The notes under the pieces: model-generated | What the model was told of the DNA's origin: nothing | What the model saw: only the letters and a program-made list of their open reading frames with translations | Database searches by the model: none | Assembly (NCBI GenBank): GCA_001643675.2 | Contig: LSRY02000031.1 | Coordinates: 558,001-622,000, forward strand | Direction: 5' to 3' | Length of the DNA stretch: 64,000 bases | Source: Monocercomonoides exilis PA203 | Taxonomy: Eukaryota > Protista > Preaxostyla | Shown: positions 1 through 13,328 of the stretch, in pieces | How positions within the stretch are numbered: position 1 is the first letter of the stretch | Layout of the letters: every line of letters starts with the position of its first letter | Position numbers and translations under genes: made by a program

Positions 1-2506
1 CTACAAATTCCACTCCCTTTTTCGGTTTCTCATTGAAAATGCGTACGCCTTCGTTGATCAGCATCTTCGCATTCTTCACCTGCTCAATGGCCAAAAGGTT
101 GGTTTCTGTGGCACTTCTGCTCATGCTGTGTGAGAAGGATGAAGGGAAAGTGACTGAAGAAAAGGAAGAGGAAGAGGAAGTTGAAGAGGAAGAAGAGGAA
201 GAAGGCAATGATGATGTGGGTGATGTGTTTGAGTTGTTGTTGCTTCCTTTTTGCTCTCCATTCACTTTATCTTCTGCTCCATTCACACTCCCTTCACGAA
301 TAGAAGATGCTTCACTGTCTTTTGTGTCATCTGGTTTTTTCTCCTCCTTCTCTTTCTCTTTCTCTTTCTCTTCTTCCTTCTCCTTCTTATTCTTATTCTC
401 TCCTTCTCCTCCCTCACCCACCGTAGAAGCAGCAGCTGTAGCATCAGACACAATCACGCCTCCCGTCTTCATCTTGATCTGCCCTTCTGTCCCTTCCCAC
501 TTCGCCACTTCTGCATTCCCTCCTTTCGCTGCAAACTCCGACAGCGCTCGTGTGATCGTCTCTAAACTGCGCAGCCCCCACTCTTGCAGGTGCATCTGCT
601 CTTGTGTTGCCTTGAGTGTTTGAGAGGAAGAAGAGGAGGAGGAAGATGATGTGACCGATGAAGAATCAGGAGCTGGGGCGAGTAATGAGGAGGAGGAGGA
701 GGCGTCGCTTCCGGGAAAGGCAGAGGAAGATGCTGTTGCCAAAGAAGACGATGAAGAAGTATTTGAAGCAGAAGCAGAAGCAGAAGATGAAAAGGAAGAA
801 GTAGAAGAAGAACTGCTTCCACTGTTGGCATTCCCATCAGCACCAGCCAGCGCGCCTATTGAAAACGGCTGTGCCAATTTTGTGATGGAGAGGATGAGTG
901 TCTCAAAGAGGTTTGTTTCATACAGCCGGCAGTCGAAGTTGAGGAAGATGTTAGCAAGCAGCTGCCCATCCTCAAAGAGCGGTGTGAATATCTCCAAAAA
1001 CGAGATCTTTTCGGGGATTTGCGTCTCTTCTGCCTGCAGCACACGCAGATACACCATCAGCAGCGTCTCAAACTCCGTCCGGAAGCGCAGTCCAAACAGC
1101 TTCGTGATCTGCGCGATGAGGGCGACGGAGAAGCGGAAAATGTGCGGGTTGGGGAAGCCGGCATTCGACAGCACGGCAGGGACGACCTGGTGCTGCACAA
1201 TGCGGGTGAGCTGGCTGTCTCCCCGGAGCACATCGCCGCAGCGCATGAGGATCGACAGCAGCGTCTGGAGAGAGACGATTCGCTGCTTGAGTGAAAGCTC
1301 AGAGGCGAATGTGCCGTCGGGAAGGAGGGAGGCAGTGGGGTTGTGCGAGGGAGATGCACTGCTGTTGGAGGAAGAAGAAGATGATGATGATGATGAAGAG
1401 GAGGAGGAGGGTTGCAATGAAGAGGAGGGTGGAGTGGAAGATGAGGAGGTGGAAGAGGAAGAAGAGTCCGAAGAGGATTGAGTATTTGAGGCTTCTTTTT
1501 TAAGAGCTTGGGCAGCCGGAGTTATTCTGTTATAAAAAGATAAATTTCATTGTCAAAGAGTATTATGGAAAATTTTCACATTTTGAACAAATTTATATTT
1601 AATATTATATTTTTTCATAAAAAATAGATTATTTTTAGAACGTAAAATGATTTAATAATGAAAGAAGAAGTGCTCATACCCTCCAACCTCATTTGTTGAT
1701 GTCTGACAAAGAAGCTCTAAAAGTTGAATGCAGTCTTCAGTTGCAGTTGTTAGTTCTTCCACTGAATTCGCATCTTCTGTTTTGGTTTTGTCATTCAAAG
1801 CAGCTTCCTTTATTTTCTTCAATTTCATAAAGAATGTAACGCTCAATTGCTGAAGTGTAATAATAGCGGAATCTCGAAGTGAAGCGCTGGAAGGATCAAG
1901 ATGAATCCTCATGATATGTCGAAATGCAACTTTAAACATATCTGAATGAATTTGGCAATGCCCTGAAGTGACCAATGAAGTGTAGACTTTTAAAACATTT
2001 GATTGAATTCCAGTTTTAATAAGGCTTCTAGTAGAATGAATTCCTTTTACAACTTGACAAAGAAGTGTATCATCTTCGTTGTTATTTCTTTTCGTTTCAC
2101 CCGTTAAAAAACCAGAATCAGCCATTTTCTAAATAACACATATTTGTAAGTCAAAATATTTTCAAATTCAATTTCGTGTAAATGCACACAATAATAAGTT
2201 CGAGAGATGCTTCAACAAGGTCATTTCTGTTTGATGCAAGTGCTTGTGAAATCGGCTCAAAAAATTCGATAGAACTATAGAAAAAAGTAAACTTTTTAAT
2301 GAAACAATTAATTTGCATACCATTTGGTCAATTTTCCATTTGAAATGGAATCTGAGGAATGAAAAATGTTAACAAATGAATAAAATGAAATAATTTTCCT
2401 TTCCCATCAAACCAATTTGTAACTTCAAGAACGTTTTAATGTGCGCATGCTTAGAATCGCAAGCACTGGCAACTGCCTTTACAGCTTGTGCAACAGATGA
2501 AAACAT
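1..2506 (-). CDS. Large ARF guanine-nucleotide exchange factor (BIG/Sec7/GBF1 family), 5' part; multi-exon, continues past window start
   Basis: Minus-strand translation gives a probable start MFSSVAQAVKAVASACDSK (ATG 2506) and a DCB-like exon (LLCQVVKGIHS..VLKVYTSLVTSGHCQIH). It then gives a HUS-box region (GQLLANIFLNFDCRLYETNLFE, ~900-970) and, at the window edge, the Sec7 domain start (EGVRIFNEKPKKGVEFV). Exon boundaries are approximate. Confidence 0.85.
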
Positions 2507-3504
2507 TGCGATCTGGCCCACAACAATATGATTCGAGCACAAAAGTTTTTTGAAGAATATAGAAACAAGTTTTTCTTTTATAAAATTAAAGCTTATGTGT
2601 GTGCATGTGTGTTTCATATTATTGTTGTTTTATTTATTGTAAAAAACAATAAAGTTAATGTTTTTTACTTCATGAAGAACATCTCTCAAATAAATTGAGA
2701 AAAGAATAAAAAAAAAAAAAGACAAAACAATTGCTGGACAAACGATGAGGTGTTGAAACAATTAATAAAAAAAAAAATACAAATTGATGAATAAAGAATA
2801 AGAATTTCTATGAGACGATTAGGAAATTAATAAAAATAAGAAAGAAAGAGAATGATGATTCCAAAAAGATATACACAAATGCGTGCACGAATTAAAACAC
2901 AGAATACAATCACTTTTTTCCTCTTTTTCAGAACAAAATGAATGGTTCGCAGAATTGCAACGATGACACGCGCAAAAGTTTAACAAACAAAGTGCGATAA
3001 AAAATGTAGTGCAATAAAATAAGAAGATTTGAAATTCACTAAAGAAAAGTCTGGAAATGTTCATTGAATAAATAGAATTGCAAGTGAATCTGGAGATTCT
3101 GTGTTGGCCAGCAAATCAACTGAAAATAAAAAGGATATTAAAAAAATAAATAATTAATTAATTATTTTTTTCATGAGAGTAACAAATTTCATCTTGACAA
3201 TGAAATGAATTGCACAAACATTTCAGTGTAAATGCAAATGTTCACTTTTTATTCTCTAATTTGGCTATTTATTGTGTCTATTATTGATAATACTCATTAA
3301 AAATTAGTTTGTTGTTTGCAATATGCGCATCGTACTTTTTGTGCTTAGTTCCTCAATCCCCACTTCTGACAGCAATTCTCTCATCCTCTTCCTCTTTTCC
3401 TCTTTATCTCTTCCTTCCTTCTTTCCTTCAATCTCACTCTAACTCGCTCTCTCTCTCTTTCTCTCTTTCTCTCTCAATCCCAACTCTATCTCAACCTCCC
3501 CTCC

Positions 3505-6346
3505 TTACAGCTGCATCGAAGAGAAGAAAGTAGTGCAAAACTCCTTCCACGCAAATGTCTCTCCAGAAATACGCTTCATGTTCACAAAGCACACTTCCTC
3601 CAGTCTGGGCAGCTTGCAAATCTCAATCTCGAATCTGATGGCTTTGTCAGGATACTCACACTTCAGCACATACGACCCTTCCACTCGCTTGAATCCAATT
3701 CTCTTCTTCTTCAGCAGCCCTGTCACTTCCTCGAGAATCACCTGCGGTGGTTTCGATGACGTCGCTGAGACATTAAACAGCCCACGGAACACTCTCACAT
3801 CCTTCTGCCCTTCTTTTGCTCCTTCTTTTCCGTCTTTTCCTTCCTCCTCTCCTTTCGCCTTCGACTTCTGCTCCATAATACTTGCCAGCTGCGATGTGGC
3901 ATCTCTTGTAGCTGCAACAGATGTTCTTCTTCTCGATGCATACGCCGACTTTGCTGCTGCCTGCTGCGCTGCCAATCGCTCTGCAGGCATTTCTTCTCCT
4001 TCGCTAATGGCTGGTGCTGGGACTGAAGGTCTTGTCGATGAAGAAGGAGTGGACGAAGAAGAGGCACTTGCGGATGCTGACGGGACGGATGATGGTGTTG
4101 CTCTCACACCACTCGCTCCGTGTCCCTGCGCTGCCGCTGCAGCTGCAGCTGCAGCAGCCTTCCTCTTCTGCTCTGCTTGCTGTGCCTGCAGAAGAAGAGC
4201 TGCTCCTTCTGGATCCTCCTCGTCTTCCTCATCACCGTCTGGCAATGCTCCCAGCGCAGAAACAGCCTGCGGCTGCTTCGGTCTGGCGCCAACAGCAAGC
4301 GATCCAGTGAATGATGATGGGATAATCTCCTTCCCTGTCTCGTCCTTCGCCACAATGCCCCTCTTCGCTGCTGGATCCTGTGTGAACGTAATTGCTGGTG
4401 GAGCATTTGTGTGCCCTGCAAATAGTGATTGTCTCCTTCTTGATTGTGTCGCAGCCTGTTTTGCAGCTGCCATCACTGCATCGTCCTGTTCGCCTGGCTT
4501 CATAGCTGGCCTGGTGGTGACGACAACTGTAGTGTGTGGCACAGCTGACGGGATAGTTGACGAAGAAGGAGCAACTGAAGACGATGCTGAGGAGGATGCA
4601 GCAGCTGATGAAGGAGTGTTGGCTGATGATGCTTTTCCTTGCGCATCCAGGAACGGCGACTTGGCCTGAGGCGGGACAGCCTGCGAGTTTGCGCTAGAAA
4701 TAGGCGAAGCGCTCTGTGCAGGCGAGGCCTTCTGCACCTGAGTGACTGTTGGCGCTGTGACTTTGTCACCAGAAGCAGAAGCAGCAGACGAGCCAGACGG
4801 AGGCTGAGCAGTCGGTCCTGTTGCTGCCCCTGCCGCCATCGATGCTGCTCCGTCCTCAGCGAGCGGGGTAAACACAAACTGTCTTCCTGCCTCGGCTGCC
4901 TCTCTCATCCGCTTCTCCAGCAACAACCGATATGCCGCTACAATCTGGTTGTGCTTTTTGGCCTTAATGCACATGATAGTCGTGTCGCGTGCAAATCCCA
5001 GCTTCTCCAATTCCTGAATGATAGTCTCGTCAATCACCTGGTCCAGTCCTCCTGTGCTTGCCGTCATCCCCAATGCCCTGCTCTGCCCGCCGCGCGTGCC
5101 ATCTTCTCTGATCTGCACTTCTTCAATTGTCTGCCCGACAAATAGATCCACATACCATGGATGCTGCCGGATCTGGGCAATGGTATAACGCTTAGTCGGA
5201 TCTGTGTTCAGTATCTTGGAAATAAGATGTTTGCACTCGCTTGATAATGTAGAAGGACAGCGATATCGTGCATTAAGGATCTTCTGATATAAGGCTTGTG
5301 TATTCTGGTCTTCAAACGGGAGATACCCGCACACAAGTGCAAATAAAATAACACCACAACTCCACACATCAGACATTTGACCTGCATACATCTTTCCTTC
5401 GATCATCTCTGGTGCTGCGTAGCAAGGAGATCCGCAGGCCGTCTTCAAAAGTCCCCCTGGCTTTATTCTGTTTGAAAGGCCAAAATCAATGATCTTTAAA
5501 GTTCTGTGACTGTTCAAAAGAAGATTTTCCGGTTTCAAATCTCGGTGGATAACATAATGTTGATGACAGTAATCAACTCCATTCATCAACATGTGGAAAA
5601 AGCGACAAGCTTCCTTTTCCTTCAAACGGCCATGGTGGACGATGTAATCCTAATTTCATTTTAAAAAAAAAAAGCATTTTTTAAAATATTCAAGACAAAT
5701 ACAAAACATAAAAACAAAAATGTTAAGAAACATACAAAAAGTTCTCCTCCATCAGCGTATTCAGTAACAATATAAATATGTCGTTGTGTGTCTTAAATAT
5801 ATATAATAAATGCATAATGAACAAGCAGGAATGAATATTATTTAACAAATACGTATAATAATCTTTGCTCTATCATACCTATCACTTCATACAACTTAAT
5901 AACATTCGGATGATAAAGTAATTTTAAAACGTTAATCTCGCGAGTGATTCTTTCCATATCGGCAACGTCTTTAATTCTATCCTTATCAAGAATTTTCATT
6001 GCCACCTAATTAAATTACAAACAAATTGTTTTTAACGATTTTAAAAGTTTATTTCTTTGAACAATTGAAAAACAAACTTTTTCTCCAGTGATCGTGTGCG
6101 TTGCTAAAGTTTAAAATAATAATCGCCAAAGAAAAAAATTTAAAACAAATATAATTCGCAATAAAAAGCTTGCATCATTATTATACCAAGTTTCACCTTG
6201 CCAAAACTTCCTTGCCCAAGAGTTCTTCCAAGAAGATAATTTCCGACTCGTTTAACCTGTAAATTTTTGTTGCACCAAAAGCAAGTTAATAGAAATCAAA
6301 CCTTTGTTTCGACTGGTGCTTTTGCATCCGTCGCGGTATTTGACAT
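3505..6346 (-). CDS. SNF1: SNF1/AMPK-family (CAMKL) Ser/Thr kinase with UBA-like and C-terminal KA1 domains; 6 exons (6346-6302, 6256-6187, 6103-6078, 6005-5879, 5791-5736, 5649-3505)
   Basis: Spliced at GT-AG introns it reads YLLGRTLGQGSFGKVKLA, VAMK, HRDLKPEN, DFG and LKTACGSPCYAAPE. The C-terminus FNVSATSSKPP..FEIEICKL..MKRISGETFAWKEFC is KA1-like. Confidence 0.9.
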
Positions 6347-7848
6347 TTTCCTTCCAAACACAAAAATTACGATCAAAAAACTGTAATTTGATATATGGTG
6401 ATCAATAATTAATTTTTTATCAAATGAACTTTTTGTTCCAACAGAAAAAAAATTTTTTTTGCAATCACAAACAACGAAAGGTTAAAAATGTGAAGAATGT
6501 TTAAGTAATTCAATGCAAATGTTGTTATATAGATTGAATGTGTTTTTATGAGAAAAACAATTTTGAAAAAAAAAGATAAACTCGACTTTATTCTTAAAAA
6601 TTATTCAACACAGAAAATTAAAAACAAAGAAACGAAAATGAAGATAAAAAGCACATAATAATTTTTCAAGTGAAACTATAGTGTATAATTTTCTCACTAA
6701 TGTAGATTATTTAAAAAGTTTTTTAATTTTAAATATTTTTTTTCCTGATGTTTTCTGCAATTCTCAAATCACTCTTTCATTCTTTTCTCATTATGAGATT
6801 TGATGATTAATGATTGAACGTGTTTCTAATTTGATGAATGGAAAAGAGTTAACTTCATTTTGTTTTTATAAGATTTATTTCTGCCTTTTTTGTTTTTAAT
6901 AGGATTATTAATTAATGTTTTACTTAAAAATTTTAGAAAAAAAAATTTTTTTTCCGGAGTACAAATGAAGAATTTTAATAAAGCTAGTTTGTGATATGAA
7001 AGTTATTGTTCAAAATTATTTATCAGAAAAAATATCAAAATTAACAATGAGTTGTTCGAAATGAGAAATTGTCTCATATTATACAACAATTGAAATACAA
7101 CTGATGGAAATTTGAATATAGAAAATTTTTCAAAAATAAAAAATTATATTTTTGAAGAAAACATGAAAAGATTCAAATTTTGAGAAAACAAAAGATTTAT
7201 TTCATTCTGTTCTATTCAAAAAATAAAAGTCAAAAAAATTAAACATACGAATGTCTTTTTTTTTTCGAAAAATTAAAAGTTAAAAAAATATCGATAACAA
7301 AAGGTTAGATAAAAAATGAAAATATTTGTGTGAATTACATAACAAAAACTCCTTATTTAACTTCAAAATATCTATCCATCATTTCGGAATTGTGATATTC
7401 TTTTCTTAAATAGAATTTCACTTGATTGATGTAGTTTTATTTATGTTATGATTTTGAATACAAAATATATGATTATTATTTAAAAAGATGATAATTCTCA
7501 CAACCACAATAATTTTTTGTAGTATTCTAATAGAAATAAATATTTTGTGAACAATATGATATTTAATCTGGGATTATTATTTTTTGCAAAAGAACTTTTA
7601 ATTGTTAATCAAAACAAAATAAAATGGATTTTTTTTCTTTCCTTTTATGTGTTTTTATTCCTGCAAATGTATTGTTTCTGTAAAGGGAAATTTATCATTG
7701 ATTAGTTCACATTTCCTTCCAGTGGAATTATTTGAATGGAAACAGAAATTTGAATAATATAAGATATTCTGACTAATTTTGAAAATCAAACTACAGCAAT
7801 TTCTCAAAATAAAATTTGAACATGTGTGAAACAAAATCAAGTGTATGT

Positions 7849-7933
7849 GGGACAAAATTTTTGACTTCAGGCATTTTCTTTGAAAAATTATTGGCCAAAG
7901 ATGAACTTTTTGAAATCAAAAATTATTAAAAAA

Positions 7934-7997
<64 letters not shown>

Positions 7998-8166
7998 AAA
8001 TACATGTGAGGTCACGGAACATTTAGTAATTATTTCTATGATGTTTGTTTTCAGTTATGAAAATAAAAAATTTTTTGAAATTTGATCAAGTTTAAAAATG
8101 TTATAAGTAAAACAATTTTTTCGTGCATTGTGCAAAAAAAAAGCTTGAAAGTTCATATTTTTTGTC
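7849..8166. mobile_element. Copy of ~270-bp GGG...CCC MITE-like repeat family, with an internal expanded poly-T
   Basis: Starts GGGACAAAATTTTTGACTTCAGGC and ends AAAGCTTGAAAGTTCATATTTTTTGTC. It is colinear with copies at 59892, 61543 and 62209. A ~60-nt T run lies at 7937-7996. Confidence 0.7.
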
Positions 8167-9278
8167 ATATGAAAAAACAGATATTCTCTGTCTTTAAGCT
8201 CTTTGCAAGATTTTTTCAAAAAGCTGGAATAATTGCTGGTACTTATCAACTGAACAACCAAAAATAAACTGCTTGGATTTCAATGAAAAATAAATCATAT
8301 ATCCTTCAATCCACAAAAATTTTTGTGTGGTTTTTTTTGAGATAATTTTTTTATAGATTATTTCAGTGCGAAAATTTGTTTTGAATATTAAAAAATGAGT
8401 GTTACAAAGTTATGAATGAATTTCATAAAGTAATTTTTTCCCTTTAATGTCAATCTTCGACATTTGATATTGTTGTTTTGCATTCATCATTAGGAATAAA
8501 AATATTAGGCTAATCGCGATAAGTTTTGGAATATATAACACCCCGAAAATATAAAGATACCATTATTAATCATATATTTAATTGTGATGAGTAAATCTTT
8601 TTTATATCTGGAAAATTCAAAAATTCACCATCACTTTACCAATTAATGATGAATAAAAAAAGAAAAACTGTTTCTGCTCGTTAAAAACAATGAGTTCAAA
8701 ACTTTTGCATCCAATTTCGATAAAACGACAGACCTCTCATTTATTATTTCTTTTGAATGGAAAAGTATTCATTATTTGAAAAATGGTCAAACTAATAATA
8801 TATTCAGGTTTTTCTTTAATCATTTACCAAAGATTTTCCTTTCTTCTCCAATATTATTTTTTTGAAAGAAGCAAACTTGCCTATTCTTTCACACAAAAAT
8901 TTTGAAAAAAAATTCTATTCAACTTTAAAATTTTGGAAAATACATTTTGAAGTGATTCCAAATCTGACTACAAACAATTAAAAAAAACGCTTTTTGAAAA
9001 TGCAAAACCAAACAAAAAAAAAAAAAAAACCATTCAACAGTCACCCGCAAAAATTTAGCGATGTGAAATTGTTTCAACAGGACACAAATGAATGGCTCAA
9101 TTGAAAAATTAGAAAAAAATAAAAGCAATAAAAAAAGAATTATGCTTTTTCCCTCTCTCTAAACAAGAGAGAGACCCAACAAAAATAAAAAAAAAAAGAA
9201 ATACAATCTGCTTCATTCTCGATAGTCCTCAAAAATATCAAAGCATTTCAAAACATAAATTAGAAACAATCGTTTTGC

Positions 9279-10703
9279 TTACAAAAACACAAAATACTCT
9301 TTAAGACTTTCACTCATTATGTTAACATTAGTGATATCAGTTCTTTCCACATCATTAAAGCTTGTGATAACATCTTCGCATCCTTGCTCTTCCATCTGGT
9401 CAAACACCATTCTTTTCGTTTTCTTCCAATGTTTGCGGTTGAAATCCTCAATTGAATTTCTTCTCAATCTTCTTGAAATATCTAAAAAGAATTCCAGAGA
9501 CACTCTTGCAATTGCTGTCTTCAACGTTGATTGTTGAATATTCTCCAAAAAGAGAACTAATATATCACTCTCCAAAAAAATGCCAATACCATCACATATG
9601 GATCTTGAATTTGAATGAAACCAAGTTACTGTCGCATCAGACAATTCTGGTTCATCATTCCTTGATGCTCTGCATAGCTTGACAAGGCAGCAAATCAGTT
9701 TATCAAATCCCTCTTGCAACAAATTGAAAAGCGAAGGCAAATTATGGATTGTCTCTGCCCATCTTTTCATCACTGAAACTTCTTTTTGCTCTTTCCAATT
9801 CTCTTTTTCCTTCTTCCATTTAACACATTTTGACAGCTCTTCAAGTTCTCTTGCTGCTTCTCTCCCAAAATGTAGCTCATTCACTATCACTTCTTCTAAG
9901 CTTTCTTCATGATAGAATCTATTTATCAAGAACTCCCAAACAGATTGATATGCAAGTCGAGTCAAGTTGTGATGCTCCTGGTGACATTTGATGATTTCTT
10001 TTATTTCCTTCAAATACAGATTTTGTTCAATTGTCTTATTAAAATCAGAAAGAAATTCAAAAACTTCAAAAAAGAAATAGAAATACTCATACATAATATT
10101 TACCAATTTTGCTCAAAGCCAGCAAAGCCATTTCCACTTCTTTTTGCGCTTCTTTGCTTTCCTCTTTGTTCAGAGCAACTTTCAGCAAGCACGGAATACT
10201 AATTGGAAAAATATCATATGAACAGACAAAGCGCCCATCCAGAAGACTAAGATAGCATTCGCAAAGATCAGCCAAAAGCTTTTCATTCTTTTCTTCTTTT
10301 ACGCGATACTCATAAAAAATCATCCCTCCGAAACTATCGATCAGCGAAGTTCGATCAAAGTTTTTTTTTGTCAAAGAGAACAAAGATTTGCAATATCCAA
10401 TGTGTCCAAACAACAATGCTGCATTTTCGACAGTCATTTTCTCATCATTGATCAATTCATTTATATCACGAAATAATTCCACAGACATGACTGAATCCAA
10501 ATCATTTTTGTTCATTTCATTAATCATTCCATTCATCTCTATGATTTTCTGCTTTTGTTCCGATTCATTAAGTTTTGACAGCGTGGAGGCCAACTCTGTT
10601 AACAAAATAAAGAAACACTATTCATTCAAAAAAAAAGCAAAAACAAACCGATAAAATTTCCTGTCAGTTTTTTATTCAGTCTTTCATCAGTAGTTGCTTT
10701 CAT
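9279..10703 (-). CDS. Lineage-specific alpha-helical (ARM/HEAT-like) hypothetical protein, multi-exon; paralog of 16324-17756
   Basis: ORFs 10087-10605 and 9279-10106 are joined by a short intron, with a probable ATG at 10703. Shared motifs with the paralog are EQKQKI.EMNG, EEKNEKLL.DLCECYL, SIPCLLK.AL..E..EAQKEVEM.LLALS, YL.EIKEII..HQE..NLT.LAYQS.W and MEE.G.EDVITSF. Confidence 0.75.
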
Positions 10704-11553
10704 TTCGATTGTTGTATATTCTGTGCAAGTGAAAAGAAATGGAAATTCAATTTACGAAATAATTGACAGAAACAAACATCTTCCTTATCCTTCAAAAACC
10801 TTTGAGAATAATGACAGATCAAATGGATTATCCTGATAAGTATTTGATATTATTGGAAAAAGAAGAGGTAAAACCGGTCAATATGCTTTGGCTAGAGAAT
10901 CAATATGATCCTTTTTTCTCCTTGCGATCAATCCTTTAATAAAGATCATAATCCTAAAGAATTTTTGGTTAAACTTTTTGAATAATGTTCCATTATCGTC
11001 CTTTCAATGCATTCGAATTGATGATATTATTCTCAATTATATTGGTTTTCTTTCTCCAAAAATATCTCACATTTTATTCCGATTCAAAAAAGAAAAGAAT
11101 ATCGTTGAAGAAAACTCCGATTTTTTGAAGTGAAAGCTTTTTTTATGCAAATTAGCCTTTTTTGTTTTCGCTTTTTGATAAGAAAATAAATTAGTTAGAG
11201 AGAATTTTTTTCTATTGAATTATTTTTGAAGTGAATGTGAAGAGAATTGAACAACAAATAAAGATAATTTCATCACATGAATAACAAGAAAAAAGAGTGA
11301 ATGATAAGCAACTATTGAAATTTAGGCTTTTCTTTGAAATAAGTCAATTAATTGAATCTTTTGAATAAATAAAGTTCACACTTTTTTTATAGAGATATTT
11401 GAGAAAGCAGTTTGCATTAAATAATTGCTTATTCAGTAATTTCAAAGTTTAGTGAGATTGAAAATATGTCAAAACAATAATTATTTCAATATCAAACAAT
11501 GTTCATTTACAAACATAGTCAAGTTGTAAACTTTGACTAACTTTCACAAATAT

Positions 11554-11555
<2 letters not shown>

Positions 11556-11596
<41 letters not shown>
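11556..11596 (+). repeat. Poly-A tract (~41 nt)
   Basis: Directly visible homopolymer. Confidence 0.9.
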
Positions 11597-11600
<4 letters not shown>

Positions 11601-11639
11601 AATGCAGCAAAGCCAACAGAAATATAGTTCAAATAAATT

Positions 11640-12110
11640 TCTTGCAAAAAGAATCGAGATGAATGATAAAGCTCAGAACATAATCCACCTCATTTCGCTT
11701 CTTTGGCAGTAACACAGAAACAAATGGCAGAGAAAATGATGTCTTTTTTAATGGAAGCAATATCACTCAATCCCCATTCGAGAATTGTGGATCAACAACC
11801 CCATCAAAAAGGGTATGGAATGCAGGAACAGCTGATAACGCTGAATACAATGGCTGGCTCCCCTTCATTGCCCAGAATAAAATCGTTGTCAGCAATGGAA
11901 CTGATGTCGATGCCTGTGGCAGACCTCAACAAACCCCATGTGCCACCATCGAGTATGCACTCAACGGATTCATCTCCCTCCTCCAAGACGCCTCTCTCAC
12001 TCCTCTCATCTCCGCTTTCACTTCCACTCAAACACTTTCCTTCAATGTCATTGGCGCAATATTCACTGAAAATGATTGACTTTTTCTCATTCCCATAAAA
12101 ATTCTTTCTT
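11640..12110 (-). pseudogene. Possible relic of a Cys/Gly-rich surface-protein gene
   Basis: A short minus-strand frame (CILDGGTWGLLRSATGIDISSIADNDFILGNEGEPAIVFSVISCSCI) has composition like the large surface proteins. It is bounded by stops and has no intact gene model. Confidence 0.3.
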
Positions 12111-13034
12111 GCCAAATTGATTCATCTTCAAATTGTAATTATTTTCTTCATCAAAAAAAAAAAAATCCCTTGAATCTTTATCTTCTTTTCATTTGAAGTC
12201 GATATCATCGCTTATTTTTCAAAGAGATGAAAATCAACTCCTATAAATTATATTTCTTCAAAATATCCTCTTTTAATTTCTCTTTTTCGATGAGTTCAAA
12301 TTGAGCTCAAGAAAAAAGATTCATTGTTTTCATCTCTTCAAATAGTATTTCTTCAGTTGTATCTGGCAATTTTCTTCAGATTACATTTTCATCAGCTTTC
12401 TTATTCCAACTTGTTCGCATACGATTAGTGCTTGAATCTCACATAATTTCTCTTCAAATATGCTTTTCCCTCTGAATTGCTTTTCCTTCTCATTTCATTT
12501 GCAACAATTCGTCGATGCTTCATATCTGTGTAACCTCTCGAAGGCTATTGCTTCAAACATCCAAACAAAATATCTTTTCTGTCTGTTTTCTGTGAATTCT
12601 TTCATCTTCCAAATGCTTCAGCAACCAAATGAAAAAGTCAGAATCATTTTCTTGTTGATGACGTGCATGCTTTCCTTTGCTTAATAGCAGCAATGATAGA
12701 TGAGTTCTGGCACTGAATTCGATGGAAGTTGAACGAAATGAAAAAAACAGTTTCAGTTTTGTTGTTCATCGAAGATGTTAAAGGAGAAGAAGATTTTTAT
12801 GAAATTAAATAAATTTGTGCAGATAGCTTTTTTTCTTCGCCGGAATTGTGATTGAAAAATGAAAAGAAAGCTCATTTATCGATTGACTGAAGAGACGAAG
12901 GAAAGAAATTGAAACAATTTTCAGTTCAATTTAATGGTTAAACTGAATTGAATGGCATATAATGCATTTGAAGATCGGCGGTCTGATTCAGCAGGAAGTG
13001 AGAGGAAAAAGACAAAGATGTAGCAGAAGTAGGC

Positions 13035-13328
13035 GAAGAAGGAGAAGGAGAAGGAGAAGGAGAAGGAGAAGAAAGAAGAAGAAGAAGAAGGAGAAGGAGA
13101 AGGAGAAGGAGAAGGAGAAGAAAGAAGAAGAAGAAGAAGGAGAAGGAGAAGGAGAAGGAGAAGGAGAAGGAGAAGGAGAAGAAAGAAGAAGAAGAAGAAG
13201 AAGAAGAAGAAGAAGGAGAAGGAGAAGGAGAAGGAGAAGGAGAAGGAGAAGGAGAAGGAGAAGGAGAAGGAGAAGGAGAAGGAGAAGGAGAAGGAGAAGG
13301 AGAAGGAGAAGGAGAAGGAGAAGAAGAT
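13035..13328 (+). repeat. Pure-purine (GAAGGA)n/(GAA)n microsatellite, ~290 bp
   Basis: Direct reading shows three (GAAGGA)n blocks plus a long final block, separated by (GAA)n runs. Confidence 0.95.

Noticed and set aside
33-1481. Plus-strand ORFs of 196 and 276 aa
   Set aside because: They are antisense shadows of the minus-strand ARF-GEF exon.
3533-5145. Plus-strand ORFs (378 aa and others)
   Set aside because: They are antisense to the kinase gene and show no independent domain.
11556-11596. Poly-A as the tail of a retrocopy
   Set aside because: No TSD or correctly oriented parent sequence is seen. The poly-T at 7937 is clearly an expansion inside a MITE, so simple slippage is a sufficient explanation.
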